Source: Chiloscyllium plagiosum (taxonomy: Eukaryota). From it: a stretch of 62,208 bases of DNA. The notes below the pieces were generated by a model that was given only the letters and a program-made list of their open reading frames with translations, was not told the DNA's origin and made no database searches. The DNA lies in assembly GCF_004010195.1 (NCBI RefSeq), contig NC_057719.1, forward strand, positions 70,916,744 to 70,978,951, written 5' to 3'. Below are positions 11,746-25,545 of the stretch, in pieces; the stretch's first letter is position 1; each line of letters starts with the position of its first letter. The translations under genes and the position numbers were made by a program.

Positions 11746-12919
11746 ATCATCACTAAGTTTTAATATGTTGCAACATTTCTTTTATTTAAACTCTGTCACA
11801 TATTGCTTTTGTGCACAGAAAAGTAGATTTGAATACAAAGGATATGAGAGTTCTGACTTTAGACATTGTTCAACATGGACATATAAGATCCACATTCGGA
11901 AAACTGAGGTAGTAGCCTTGTTGAATACGTAGAGATAACCAAAATACATTCTCCATACATTTATTCTTTCTCCCCATTGTTGTATTATGCCCCATGCGTG
12001 GGGTTGTTTTACTGTTTACAGTTAGCAGATTTTAATAAATTAATTTCAATCAGTTTGCTTGGGATGTGGTTTTAATGATAAAATATTGACTTTTAATAAT
12101 GGGTACAAGTACTGCCCAAAATCCTGCTCTGCACACTGCCCGGAATGTCAAAGTCAGTTTGTGGGAGTGAGGTTAGGGTGGATGGTGGGGAGGTGGGTGG
12201 GGGGGGGGGGGTGTTGATGCCATCGAGACCCAAAGGGATATTCCCTGGCATAAGAATAGATGAAATGGATCAGTCTGCAAAGGGTATGTTATCGGAAGGA
12301 GCAGGAAGGCTGAGGCTGGAAATGTCCAAGGATCCCTTTAATTGTTCCTGAAGAACAATTTTGTTCCTGTTCGCCCATTAGGAATCACAGTTAACAACAA
12401 AGGGATAATTTTTGGTGACTCTGTTGTTTCATGCAACTTCTTGCAGAAGAGCTTGGCTCTATGTGGGTAACCTATGATTTCACCTTTAGATGGATTTTTG
12501 GTGCTAATAATGCAACTGAGCCACCCTTATTTTCATAAAGTAGACCTCTGGCTGCATGGGAGCTGCAGAGCTCGCTAGTCCAATCTAAATTAAGACAGGA
12601 TTGAAGCTGCAAACACCTTGGGAATGCAGTGTAGCCCTCCAACATCACTCCTGCTTCCACATATTTCGACTAGCTGTCGGGGAGTTTGGTTAATATTGAG
12701 TACTGCGGAAACTTGAGTAATTGTCTTGTGTACAAAGCCGCTGAAATATTAAACTATATAATGTCTAAAACACTTGGAACATGATTCCCAGTCATTGCTT
12801 AAAATTTCAGATTTTGACAAAACAGTACAATTGAAATACAACAATTTTATGAGAAACAACTGATGCTATAACAACAGACGTGAAATATTACAAAATATAT
12901 TAGCAATACCTTGTGCTAA

Positions 12920-13205
12920 TATGCCAATAGGACATGGTATATTCAGGAATGGTGATGGTGTCTTAGACATTGTAACGTATGATTCCGTTAATATAACTCT
13001 GTCAGGCAGTTGCTTGGTTAGTCTGTGGGATAGCTGTCCCAATATTGGCACTATCCCTAGATGTCATTAAGGTGAGATTTTTCAGAATCGACAGGGCTGA
13101 GTTTGCCATTGTCATTTTGGTAAAACATTAACAGGTTCATCTGGTTTAATTTCTTTCTAAGAGTTTAAAACAATTGAATAGTTATGAGGGCTTTTAGGAG
13201 TCAAC
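12920..13205 (-). mobile_element. LINE family X 5' fragment (5' UTR plus endonuclease N-terminus)
   Basis: LGQLSHRLTKQLPDRVILTESY (APE motif I/II); collinear with 32460-32760 and 34500-34790. Confidence 0.7.
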
Positions 13206-13431
13206 CATGGTGATTGTAATAAGCCAGCTGGACCTCAGAATATGAATTCCCTGATTGAGGCTGGTAATCTGAAGCAATCAGAAAACCCTGGCTGATATAA
13301 AAAGGTTGATTGTCAGGGATACTGACACTCTGATGCCTGACTCTGTATCAGGCATTACTATAGTCAAGGGATCTACAAGTGTAAATAAAGAGTGACTTGG
13401 TGAGGGATATGGCCTAAATGGAGTTATTTGA
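13206..13431 (+). mobile_element. solo LTR related to the Gypsy LTR at 50227-50446
   Basis: GTAAATAAAGAGTGACTTGGTGAGGGATATGGCC...AGTTATTT aligns with the reverse complement of 50227-50282; has GATATAAAA and AATAAA; splits the family X sequence. Confidence 0.75.
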
Positions 13432-13454
13432 AAACAGTATTGCTTTGGTATAGA

Positions 13455-14290
13455 ATATAGGCATACAGAAAGAAGAGTAGACCATTAAATCTATTTAGCT
13501 TGCTCTGTTATTCACTTAGATCATTTGGCTGGTCATTTACCTCAATACCAGTTTCCTAAGCCATCCCTATATCCCTTGATGATATTAGTCTCTAGAAATG
13601 TATTGATTTCTATCTTCAACTTACTCAATATTGGAAGGCTGTGAAAGCTGGAAAGTTCAAAACATTGTGAATGAAAAATTTCCTCCCCATTGGAGTAGCC
13701 ACACCTTATCGTCAGTTTTATACTCACCAACAAGAAGAAATATCCACCTTGTCACGAACTGTAAAAAGCTTGTCAATTTAAATCAGGCCACCCCACAATC
13801 TTCTAAATGCTAGAGAAAACAGACCGAATTCCCTCAATATCTCTGCATAATACAATCCTAGCATCCCGGAGATTAATCTGGTGAACCTTTCTTGCATTCC
13901 GTCTCTGATGAATATATCTTTCCTTTGATAAGGATCCGAAACTTTACACAATACTCCAGGAACGGTCTCACCAATGCTGTGCAGAATCGTAGCAGGACAC
14001 CTTTACTTCTGAACTCAAATTACATTGTAGTGAAGACCAATATACCACTTGCCTAATCACTTACTGGACCAGCAAGCTAACTTTTAGTGCCTCATGAACC
14101 ATAATACCCAAGTCTCTTTGGACACCTGCACTTCCAACATCTCACCATTTAAGTCTTTCTGCTTTTTTTCTCCCAAAGTGAATAACTTCACATTTATTCA
14201 CATTATATATTGCATCTTCAATGTTCTAGTGTCATGAAGCCCTCTTGCATTGCCCTCACAGCTATTGTTCCACCCAGTTTTGTGTCATTA
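13455..14290 (-). mobile_element. old CR1 3' fragment
   Basis: 3' UTR at 13460-13560 up to the DDTKL RT motif (TTTGTGTCAT at ~14280). Confidence 0.85.
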
Positions 14291-14665
14291 ACTCAAAGAG
14301 ACTTGCAGGTATTTATATATGAAACACAGAAAGCTAGCATACAAGTGCAGCAAGTAACCAGGAAGGCTAATGGAATGTTTATTTCTTATTTCAATGGCAT
14401 TGGAGTATAAGAGTAGAGAAGTCTTACTACAACTGTACAAGATGCTAGTGAGACCATATCTGGAGTATGGTGAGCAGTTTTTAGGGAAAGATTTCAGTTA
14501 ATTGGAGGCAGTTCAGAGAAGGTTCACTAAGATAATCCCCTATATGGAGGGATTGTCTTATGCGCAAAGGTTAAACAGGTTGGGATTTGACTCACTGGAG
14601 TTTAGAAGAATGAGAGATGATCTCATTGAAACGTATAGGATTCTTAAGGAGCTTGACAGAATAAA
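14291..14665 (+). mobile_element. CR1 fragment in opposite orientation
   Basis: QRDL...QVQQVTRKANG and EAVQRRFTKIIPYMEGLSYAQRLNRLGFDSLEFRRMRDDLIETYRILK. Confidence 0.88.
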
Positions 14666-14699
14666 TATTAAAATCAATGAACGTATTGCTTGAAGATCC

Positions 14700-16895
14700 A
14701 GAACTGACTCAATCTCTCAAAATTCTAACAGGAGGTCATGAAGGAATCTCTCTCAGATAAACTTGAGAGTCTCTGGTGTACAATGAAAATGGACACTCAC
14801 TGCACTGAGAACAATTGAGCAAACTTCAGGGATGTAGTACACTTCAGTGTTCCTATGGCCTTTGGCCCTACCTCTGCCCAGCATCAAGATTCATTCAATA
14901 ACACGAAAAGCAATTCAAAAAAGAATGTCACGTTGACAGGATTTTACCTGAATAGTGGTGCAGCCAGAAACATCTGCAAAACTGTTCAGTGTAAGCTCTG
15001 ATAGACATAAAATGGATGGCTAATCAGAAATCCGATGAACTTCAGCCAATGAAGACTGGAAGATACTTTGCATTTTATTTTATGTTTATCTACAGGCCCT
15101 TGGTTCATTGCCAATCTTCAGTGTTGACTGTTTGCAGTTAAAGTGTAAAAAGCACTTTAAGCACCTTCTCCATCAGCTCTGAACCATCAGTGAAAAAGCA
15201 ATGAAAAGCTGCCATAGGTTTCTATCAGCTGCTCTGTTGACATACCTCCCAGATAGTTAGACACAACAAATGTAATCAAACTCTGATCTAGTGGCAAAGC
15301 TCCAGGAGCTGATATTACCTCAGCAGAGGTTTACAAGTCTGGAGGCCAATGCCTGACTTTAAGGTTTGCAAAACTCTTTCAGTCTAAGTGGAAGAAAAGA
15401 AATAAGCCACAAAAAAAAAGTTCCCTCCATTGTCCATCTATTGAAGAGGGATAAAACTCACCAAATTTGTGATAATTATAGAGGAAGCTCACTCCTCTCC
15501 ATCAGCAGCAAAAGCTTCACCAGAATCCAATTGAACCTTTAGGTCCAATATCTTGACCAGCATCTGGATCCAGAGTCAATGTAGTTTCAAAAAGGGTAAG
15601 GAACCATTGATTGCTGTTGGATAGCTCCATGTGAAATGCCAAGAACATAACTTGGACCGCTACGCTGTGTTTTGTTGACATAACCAAAACTTTTGACACA
15701 GTCATTTGTGGGGCCCATTGGAAACCATCAGAGAGATTAATTAATCTCAGAAACTCATTACAGTCTAGTAACGTCATGTTCTGGATGCTGGTGACTGAAT
15801 TATAACTTACCACTAAGGGAGTAAAGAGCGATGTTGTGCCAAGGTCAAGTATCTTTAGATTGCTTTGCTCTGTGATGGGCATCCAGGCATCAAAATAAAA
15901 TATCAGATGGATATTTTACTAAAACTAAAATGACCCTGGAAAAACACCAAAATCTCCATGGAGATAATTTACAATTTTCTATTTTGACAATACTGTGCAC
16001 TAGATGCTGAGACAGAGCTAAATGTGCAATACAGTATGGACTTGCTATCCAATGTTTGCAACAATTTTGACGTCACAATCAACATGAAGAAAACTGAGAT
16101 AATGTACCACCCTGTTCCAGAAAGACTTATCTCAAGCCCAATATCTGAATGCCTAACCTGTCAGTCACATATAAATTCATTTATCTCAAAGCACATTCTC
16201 TCGAGCTGCCTATATCGATGATAAGACACATGCAAGACTTGTCAAAGCATGTGTAACCTTTGACAATTTCAAACATCAGTCAAGGAACAAAGAAGAATAA
16301 GTCTGTCTACCAAATTAAAAATCTATTAACCGATGATCCTGTTCACTCTGTTCTTCAGATGTAATGCTTGAACTCTGGACGAGCATCATTCTAAGAAGCT
16401 CAATCACTTTCACTTGAACTGCCTTCGGAGACTTCAGAAGATCAGGTGGCCAGCCAATTACCAGGCACTGAGGTGATCCACTGAACTGTTAAGCCAAATG
16501 CCCATAACATAGTGAGGTATTGACAACAGAGTTAGCTGGCCATTGTGCCAGAATGTCCGACACTTGCTTACAAGACTGAATCTTCTATGCAGAGTTTGTA
16601 TGTCTGGGGTATGATTTCAAGACAGTCAAATGAAAAGCTACAAGAACAGTCTGAAGGTTTGACTTTAAATCCTAGGAGAAGAGTACTCAGGATCACTGCA
16701 ATCGCTGTAACCAAATTTTAAAAAGTGCAACTTTCTTTGAAACCAAATCGATTTCAGAGGCAGTGAAAACAACACAAGGAGAGGAAATCAAATGGCAATC
16801 TGAAATGATCCAAATCTCTATTGTTGGCAGTATCCATTCCTGTTTGCAGCCGAACCTTTCAGACACAGGCCAGGCTTAGGAGTCACCTACACATC
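14700..16895 (+). mobile_element. decayed RTE-clade LINE
   Basis: SGKAPGADI.SAEVYKSGG, CDNYRGSSLLS, FVDITKTFDTV, NNFDVTINMKKTEIM, C-terminal C..RTF....GLRSHL zinc-finger remnant; many stops and frameshifts. Confidence 0.85.
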
Positions 16896-16959
16896 AACTG
16901 GAGCAATTCCAAATACCCCAAGTAATGAACAAGGTGACACACAAGTGATAAATGTACGA

Positions 16960-17937
16960 TTTTCTTTTTATTTGTTCATGAGCTGTGGGTGCTGCTGGCC
17001 AGCATTTATGTTCATCCCTAATTGCCCTGGAGAAGGTCGTGGTGAACTGCCTTCTTGAACCATTGCAGTGCTTGGAGTGCTGTTAAGAAGGGAGTTCCAG
17101 GATTTGACCCAACAATGGTGAAGGAATGGCAATATATTTCCAGTTCTTGATGGTGTGTGGGTTGGAAGGGAACGTGCTGCTGGTGGTCATCCCATGTACC
17201 TGCTTCCTTTGCTCTTCTAGATGGTTGTTGTCATGGATTTGGAAGGTACGTTTGAAGAAGCCTTGGTGTGTTACTACAGTGCATCTTGTAGATGGTACAT
17301 ACTGCTGATACTGAGTGTTAGTGATAATTGAATAAATATTGAAAGTTGTGGATGTGGTGCCAATCCAATGGGTTGCTTTGTTCTGGTGGTGTCAAGCTTC
17401 TTGACTATTGTTGGAGCTGCACTCATCTAGGCAAGTGGAAAATATTTTACCACCCTCCCAATTGTGCCTTGTACATGGTGAACAAGCATTAGGAAGTCAG
17501 GAGGTGAGTTATTCATCATAGAATTCCCAACTTCAGACTTGCTATTGTAGCTACTATATGTTTTGATGATCCAGGTTAACTTCTGATCAATGGTAACCCC
17601 CAAGATGGTGACAATATGGGATTCAGTAATGATAGTACCATTTAATGTGAAGGAAGGATAATTTGATTATCTCTTGTTGGAGATTATCATTGCCTGGTGT
17701 GTGTATGTGGTGTGAATGTTACCTTATCACTTCTCAGCTCAAACTTAGATATTGTCTAAGTCTTACTCAATATGAACATGGACTGCTTCAGTATCCTAGG
17801 AGTCACAAATGTACTGAACGCTGTGCGAATATCAGTGAACCTCTCCACTTTTGACTTCATGGTGGGGGGAAGAAGCAGCTGAAGATGATTGGGCCTAGGA
17901 CACTACCCTGAGCAACTCTTGCAGACATCTCCTGGGT
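16960..17937 (-). mobile_element. LINE family X 3' portion
   Basis: Reverse complement of the same 3' region and tail as 30010-30748. Confidence 0.85.
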
Positions 17938-18029
17938 GGACTATGTCTTATTCATAAGAATGCATTATACTTTTAAAAAGTGCATTTTTCTTGTGCATAA
18001 GGCATAAATATATTCAAATGTATCAGCTA

Positions 18030-18790
18030 TGCCTCATTTGATAATGTTCTGAGTCTAAAATTCTGGTTTCAAGTTCTAATTCAGAATTTGAGAACAAAAT
18101 CAAAACTATCACTTCAGTGGTGTACTGGTGGTGTGTAGGACAATTAAAAATGCTCTGTCATAAATCAGATGTTAAACAAGGCCCTATCTATCTTTTCAGT
18201 TGGACATAAAAGATCTCATGACAATCTTTCAAGGAGAGGAGATGAGTTATCAGTGGTGTCTTGTCCAATATTTTTCCCCCAACCAACAACAGCAAAACAG
18301 ATTTTCTGGTCACTATCACAATGAAGATTGTGAGACCCTCCTGTGTACAAATTGATTGTTGCATTTCCTATAGTGCTATGGGGAACACAAGGGCAGTAGG
18401 AATAATTGGATATCTCTTTCAAAGAGCAAACATGGACAAACAGCCTGCTAGTCTCCTGAGTTACAAAAGTCTGTGATTGGTTTAGGATATGGTATGGGGT
18501 CTAGAAGTGTATTGGAAGGAAATAGTATAGGAGACAGAGCTGTGAGAAATGCAATATGGCATCAAGATAAGATGGCATTGGATAGGGAACAGAACCTCTC
18601 AATATGAATAGTTGTGATGTGGGAATAATTGGATAGCTTTCTCAAAGAACTGACATAGGCATGATGGGCTGAATGATTTGTTCCTATGGCATATGATTAC
18701 CGCAGTAATTACACTTCAGAGGTACTTCTTGAATTAAAGTACTTTGAGACATCTGGTAAAAAGAGCTATACAAATGCAAGTATATTTTAT
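18030..18790 (+). mobile_element. DeuSINE (SacSINE1-like) interrupted at ~18373-18695 by CR1-tail-like pieces
   Basis: GATGTTAAAC..GGCCCT.TCT....CAG.TGGAC.TAAAAGATC.CATG and CCAATATTT..CCC.CAACCAAC Deu core; tail GCTATACAAATGCAAG. Confidence 0.8.
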
Positions 18791-21700
18791 TATGAGATGG
18801 AAATGACAAAAGTCCATTTGAACTAAATCTCGTTTGGTAACAATTCACACATATCATATACTGCCATTGCCGCTGAAAGCTGGGTAAATCTTTGGACTGC
18901 AGTTTTAATAGCTTTGGAATTAGTAACTGTATTCCACTTGGCTTTTGAATTTTTTAGCTGTGAACTGTGTGTCATTATGGCCTAGATAGATCAGGGAATT
19001 TGTCCTATCCAAGGTTTATTCATTTGTTCAAAGTAATGTTCTCATTTTACGAGGATTTCTGTCTGATGTCGATGCTTACTTTATCAGGCTCTAATTAGTT
19101 TTCTGTGAACTGACACTTTCAAGCACGCTCCAACTGATGTAGCTTTTAATCATATCTGATTTTATATATGTAATCCTACATTTTTTTCACATTGCCAAAG
19201 CTCATTAACACGAAAAGTAACTTGAGAACTTACAACCTTGGTAAGACTACTTCTGCATTCAGCAAGCACAAAATAGCATAATAATGTAAATTAAATATTA
19301 GTGATATTTAGTTCAGTCATTCTATAAGTGTTAAGTAAGTTCTGGTCAAATTTGCCTTTTACATGTCTCAAGAAAGAAGAAAAACATCTTGAAACTGTGT
19401 ATTAATTTTTTTAATGTCACCACCTTTATGCATAATAATATATTTTGATTTGATATAATCATTTACAAATTGGGGAATAGTGGTTCTTTTGTGGTTCACT
19501 ATTAGCATCATGGCATTATGTCTGTAATTATACGATGTACCTTATCAAAGGAATGATTTTTGATATTAAACTTGTGTGTAGTTTTATGCAGTATTGGGGA
19601 GAGATGTCTGTTGAAGTGGCTGGTAAAATATTGCTGCTGTTTTTGTCGGATTTGGAAGTTATCTTCTGGCATGTTTTCTCAATTACTGCTTTATGGTGAA
19701 AACATTAAGAAGCTCTGGGGAATGCAACACAATAATATGGCATAAAATCCCATATTCTTTCAAAGATAAACTGAGAGCACTGAAGTTTGCAACATGTGGA
19801 TGATTTGCTATTCAGAATTCCCAGTTTATGCAAGTAAATAAATATAAGAAATAATTGAGTCCATATACAATGCCATTTCTTCACAACAGTTTTTCACATT
19901 TATGACAAACTGAATGATTGAACTTGTAAATTTTTAAGTTATCCCTTAATTATGGTAAAAATGCTATACATATGTAATTTTCTGTGAAAATCATTGACTG
20001 AAAAGTGGAAACATACTGACTACTCACCTACAACACTCACTGATCATCATTTAAAATAGTTAGGCAATTTTGCAAGTTTAAATATTAAACAAAATATGTT
20101 TTTGGTGTCTTTTGAATTTTTTGTGCATTCCACATTACTGAGTTTTTAAGAAGGGAATGATGTCAAAGATTTGCATCTGACAAGAAAATTGCACTTCCGC
20201 CATTACAAAGGGGTAATCAGCAGAAAAGGCTGGTCACAATCTTAGTTTGACATGGTCTGTCAAATGCAGAAAAGCCACACTTGTGTTCATCTGCCTGAGG
20301 ATGCATCCAGCTTCAGTCTTCAGGATTGACAATTAGAACACTTCATATAATTCCAAACAGCTAGCAGCAAATATCATGCTCATGTGGCTGTGGGGGCAGG
20401 TAGGTATGGGGATTGGAAGACATAGCAGTAAGTGACCAATATGACTGATAAACTAGCTGTTGTATTAAAATTTGTAATGTTAGTAAGAGGTCCTCTGTTG
20501 TATAGTGAGGACCGTTGATGTCTCATCGTACCCCAATTATGTTTCTGCATAATAAAATCTTTAATACAACTATTTTTCTTTATTTTTGTAAATTATAATG
20601 TGATTCAATTGTTAATTGTCAATGGAATCATTATAGTTTTGTTCCAACTCTAAGACTTGTAAAACATATGTTATTGAGAGGAAATGTTGATTACCCCTTT
20701 TCCTGCGTGGAAAGTTTCATCTTTGGACAATTTTGCATGCTCACTGACCTGTAAGACCTCAGATGGCTTTGAGAATATAGTAATTGTACAGCATGTTTTT
20801 TTGTTGTTAATACATTCAAGGCATCTTCACAGGCCCAAATAATTTGTAAAATGCCAACATAATTTGCTGAAAAGTTTTACATCACATGAATCCACTAGAG
20901 CTGAGTAGGACTTTTTCTCAGTGCACTAACATATCTGAATTGAATGCTACAAAATTAATCATTGTGATTAAAAAGAAATTTCAACTGAATTATAACTTAC
21001 CACAGATGAAAACTGATAGTCAAGTGACGATAGCCAAACTACAGTTTTGTTGTTACTAAGTGCACAAACATATAAAACAAACCGTAAGCAGTTTGTCAAA
21101 TGAACATTTGGAACAACGCAAAGGTGCTGAAAAATTAGGTGCAGATTCTTCAACCTTTCTTAGTGAACCACAAAGAATGAAGATGTATATGATTTTTGCA
21201 AAGGTGGAATAGGTTGTCTGTCAGTTGAGTATTGGCGACAGTCTGTCTGCAGTCCGTAAGATGATCCTTGCAGCATCAGGGGAAAGTAGGCAGGATTCTG
21301 GTTGCAAGCATAGATATTGATCTACCTTAGGCATCTAAACAATGCCTCACCTGTTCGCCTTGTCCATATTTTATTTTATGCAGTCTAATGCTTGTTTTGT
21401 TTGGCTTTTCTTTTATTTCTGTGGATCTGAGCTTTGATACACTTTTGGGAGTACATAAACATAGTGATGTACTTGAACATCCTCCTCCTTTTAAAATCCT
21501 TTGGTGGTTCAAGACCACCTCCTCCCTGCACAGAGAATGTACTATTACACCAGATACAATGAACAGCCAATAATTAATTCACAAACAAAAGTATGTTTTA
21601 TGAGAGAAATGAGTGTGTAGAACAATGACAGACAAGATATTAGTACTGAATGCACAATGTCATTTAAAGGTATTCCTTATCTAAAGTGACTTTCAATACT

Positions 21701-22371
21701 TTTATGTACTTAATACTTTTTCTTTTTCAATAAGTGTTTGAAAGTTTATGGTTATAATGGTTACTATTGTTAACATGACATATGTGATATTCCAGATACA
21801 TCGACAAATATTTATTGCTCTGACACTTAAGTATCTGAAAGTCATAATCATAAATAGTGCACATTATTCAACTTTAATTTTGAAATTTTGTATTGGAGTT
21901 CTTTGCAAAGCTATTAGTGTTATATTTATTTGTCTTTAATAATGAGGTACATTTCTGTTTATAGTGTGGGGAGGTTTTCTGGCAAATACTGTTGATTTCA
22001 ACATTTATTTGGTTTGGAACAAGGAACAATAAAGCACAGGAACAGGCCCATCAGCCCACAAAGACTGTGCTGGGCACACGATGCCTTTCTAAGCTAAAAT
22101 TCTTTGGCCTCCATGCATTCCATACCCCTCTGTTCCCTGGTTATTTATGTATTTTTAAGATGCCTCTTAAACATTGCTATTGTGTCCATCTAAACCACTT
22201 CCTCTGGCAGTACATTCCAGGCACTTGACACCCTCTGTGTAATAAAACTTGCCTCTCACCTCTCCTTTAAACCTACCCCTTTTTATGTTAAACCTCTCTC
22301 CTCTAGTAAATGACATTTCTACCACGTAAAAAGGACTATCCATTCTATCTATGCCGCACATAATTTTGTAA

Positions 22372-22637
22372 GTGAATGACACAGTGGCTAGCACTGCTGC
22401 CTCACAGCACCAGGGTCCCAGGTTCAATTCCAGCCTTGGGTGACTGTCTGTGTGGAGTTTGCTCAAGATGTTCTGGTTTCCTCCCACAGTCTAAAGACGT
22501 GCAGGTCAGGCAAATTGGCTGTGCTAAATTGCCCATATCAGAGGAAAATGGGTCTGGGTGGGTTACTCTTCGGAGGGTTGATGTAGACTGGTTGGGCCGA
22601 AGTGCCTGTTCCCACACTGTAGGGAATCTAATCTATT
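22372..22637 (+). mobile_element. HE1 SINE inserted in CR1
   Basis: TAGCACTGCTGCCTCACAGCACCAGGGTCCCAGGTTCAATTCC head and (AATCT)n tail. Confidence 0.92.
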
Positions 22638-24345
22638 AGATCGCCCCTTATCCTTCAAGTGGAAATAAATCAAGTTTGTCCAATCTCTCCTCATATCCAA
22701 TACCCTCCAAACCAAACAACATCGTAAACCATTTCTGTATCAGCTCCATAGCCTCCACGTCCTTCTGCAAGGTCATGACAAGAACTGAACACAATATTCC
22801 AAATGTGGCCCTACTAAAATACAATACAGCTGCAACATGACCAGCCAATTATTATACTCTGTGCCCTAACCGATGAAGGCAAGCATGCCATATGCCTTCT
22901 TGACCACCTTATCCACTTGTGTTGCCACTTTTAGAGAATTATGGACCTGTTGCCCTCGATCCCTCTGTATGTTGATGCTACTAAGGATTCTGCCATTTAT
23001 TGTATATATCCCTCCTACATTAGATAATCTAAACTCCAGCACTTCACATTTGTTTAGATTAAATTCCATCTGCCATTTCTTTGTCCAAATCGCTAGTCTG
23101 TCTGTATCTTCTGTATCCTCTGGCAATCCTTCTCACTATCTGCAGCTCCCCAATTCTTTGTGTAATCCACAAACATGTTAATCAAACTTACTAGTTGATC
23201 TATTATTCTCCTCCAAATTATTTATATATATATTAGAATCAACAAGGGATCCAACACTGATCTCTGCAGAATACTACTGGTCACAGATATCTAGTCAGAA
23301 AAACAACCGACCAATCCTGTTTGTCTTCTATGACTAAGCCAATTCTGTATCCATCTTAGCAGCTCACCATGGATTCCTTCTTTTGTATCACCCTGCCATT
23401 TGGGACCTTGTTAGAGGTCTCACTGAAGTCCATACTGACAACATTCATTGCCCTACCCTTGTTCATCATCTATATGACTTCCTCAAAATATTCAATCAAG
23501 TTTGTGAGACACAATCAAACCTACAGAAAACCATGCTACATTTCAGCTCATATTTTTCCAAATGTGAGTAGATCCTATCCCTAATGATCTTGTCCAATAA
23601 TTTTCCTCCCACTGATGTGAGACTCACTGCTCTGTAATTTCCCAGATTATCCCTGTTCCCCAACAAAGGAACAATATTGAGTATTCTCCAGACCTCTGGG
23701 ACCTCTCCTGTGACTAAAGAGGGTACAAAGATTTTGTACAAGGCTCCAGCATTTTCCTCACCTGCCTTCCCTAGCATTCTGGGATAGACTCCATCTGATC
23801 CTGAGGACTTGTCTAGCCTAATGCTTGTTAAAACACCCAATGCCCCCTCCTTTTTTGTATCAATTTGCCTGAGAGGATGAACATCCCTTCTCTACACTCA
23901 CCATCCATTATGTCCTTCTTCTTTGTGAATACTGGTACAAAGTATTCATTAAGGACCTCGCCCACATCCCCTGGCTCCACACATAAGTTCTCTTCTTTGT
24001 CCTTGAGTAAACCTACCCTTTCCCTTACTACCTACTTTCTTCAGTTATTTGTATAAAACGGCTTGTGCATTTCCTTAATCCTGTTTGTCAATGACATTTC
24101 ATGGCATCTTTTAGCCCTACTTATTCCTTGTTTGAGTTCTTTCCTGCTATCTATGTATTCTTTGAGGGTGTTGTCTGTCTTCAGTTTCCTAAACCTTACA
24201 TTTGCTTTCTTTCTCTTTTTACTTAAGCTCTCAGTTTCTCTTGTCAGCCAACATCCTTGAATCTTACCATCCTTATCCTTCATTTTCACAGGAACATGTT
24301 GGTCCTGAACTCTAATCAACTGGCATTTAAAAGATTCCCACTTGC

Positions 24346-25545
24346 CAGCAAGTACTAATGACAAAGGCAGAAAAAGAGATGGGGTTCTTGAAAGGGAGGT
24401 CAGTGAGTTAGGTAGGAAGTTGAATAGCAGCATCTCTAGGGTTCCAGGCCTCCCAGAGTGATCTCAGGATTACTTCTGTGCCATGTGCCAATGAGGCTAG
24501 AAATGTGAAAACTAATAAGAAGTTAAATTTGAACTGGTGTAGCAGGGAGGACTTCAACATTGTGGATCATTGGAATATCTTCAGGGAAGCTGGGCCCATA
24601 CTTGAGGGGCACTAAAATCCTGGCAAGTAAGTTCGCTAGCTCTACTCAGGTTCAACCTAATGTGGCAGGGGTAGGACAGCAAGTAAAATGACTGAGGAGG
24701 AATCAGAGACCTAAAGCCAGTAAACCAACAAAAAAAATAGACAGGGAGAGGTTACTGAACATAGTATGACTGGCAGTCTGAAGTGTATTTGTTTTAATAT
24801 GAGTATGACAAATAAGGCAGATGACAGTAGAGCATTGATTACTACATATGATTATGATGTTGGAACTATTACAGACACTACATTGAAAGAGTGAAAGGTC
24901 TGGCAGCTTAACATTCTGGGATTTAGGTGCTTCAGGTGAGATAGAGGGGGGTGTAAAAGAGGTGGGGGGTTACATTACTGATTAGGGAGAATATCACAGC
25001 TATACTGAGGGAGGACACCTTGGAGGGCTCATCCAATGAGGCATTATAGGTTGAGCTCAGGAATAGGCAGGGTGCAATCACGTTGATGGGATTGTATTAC
25101 AGGTCTCCCAATTTCCAGCAGGTGAGAGAGGAACAGATATGTGGACAAATTATTGGAAATGTAGGAACAACATGATCATTGTGGTAGTGATTTTGACTTC
25201 CTCTATATTGACTGGGACTCAGTGCCAGGGGCTAGGTTGTTGGGTGGGGTGGGGCTGGAGTTTGTTAGGTGTGCCCAGGACAGATTTTTTGATATAATAT
25301 GTACATAGTGCAAAGAAGGAAGAGGCCATACAAGATGTTATTTCAGAGAAGAGCCTCGCCAAGTGATTAAAGTTTTAGTGTGGAGCATTTTGGGAACAGT
25401 GACCATAATTCTGCACATTAAATGCTATTTATCAATAAAGATAAGAGTAATCCTTGGGTGAAAGTATTAAATCGGGAGAAGGCTAACTACTACAATATCA
25501 GGGAGGAACTGGGGAGTGTAAACTGGGACCAACTGTTGGAGGGTG
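24346..25545 (+). mobile_element. inverted CR1 segment (ORF1 end plus ORF2 endonuclease)
   Basis: Plus-strand YDYDVGTITDT, RDRGGCKRGGG, GNSDHN, VNWDQLLEG. Confidence 0.85.

Noticed and set aside
12176..12211. G-rich run with G-quadruplex potential
   Set aside because: Simple poly-G expansion with no supporting context.
13455..14665. Back-to-back CR1 pieces as a twin-priming inversion (also 60415-62208)
   Set aside because: The two halves overlap extensively in CR1 coordinates, so two separate insertions is the simpler reading.
19201..19240. 40-nt AG...GTAAGA micro-exon candidate
   Set aside because: AAG acceptor and very short; expected by chance.
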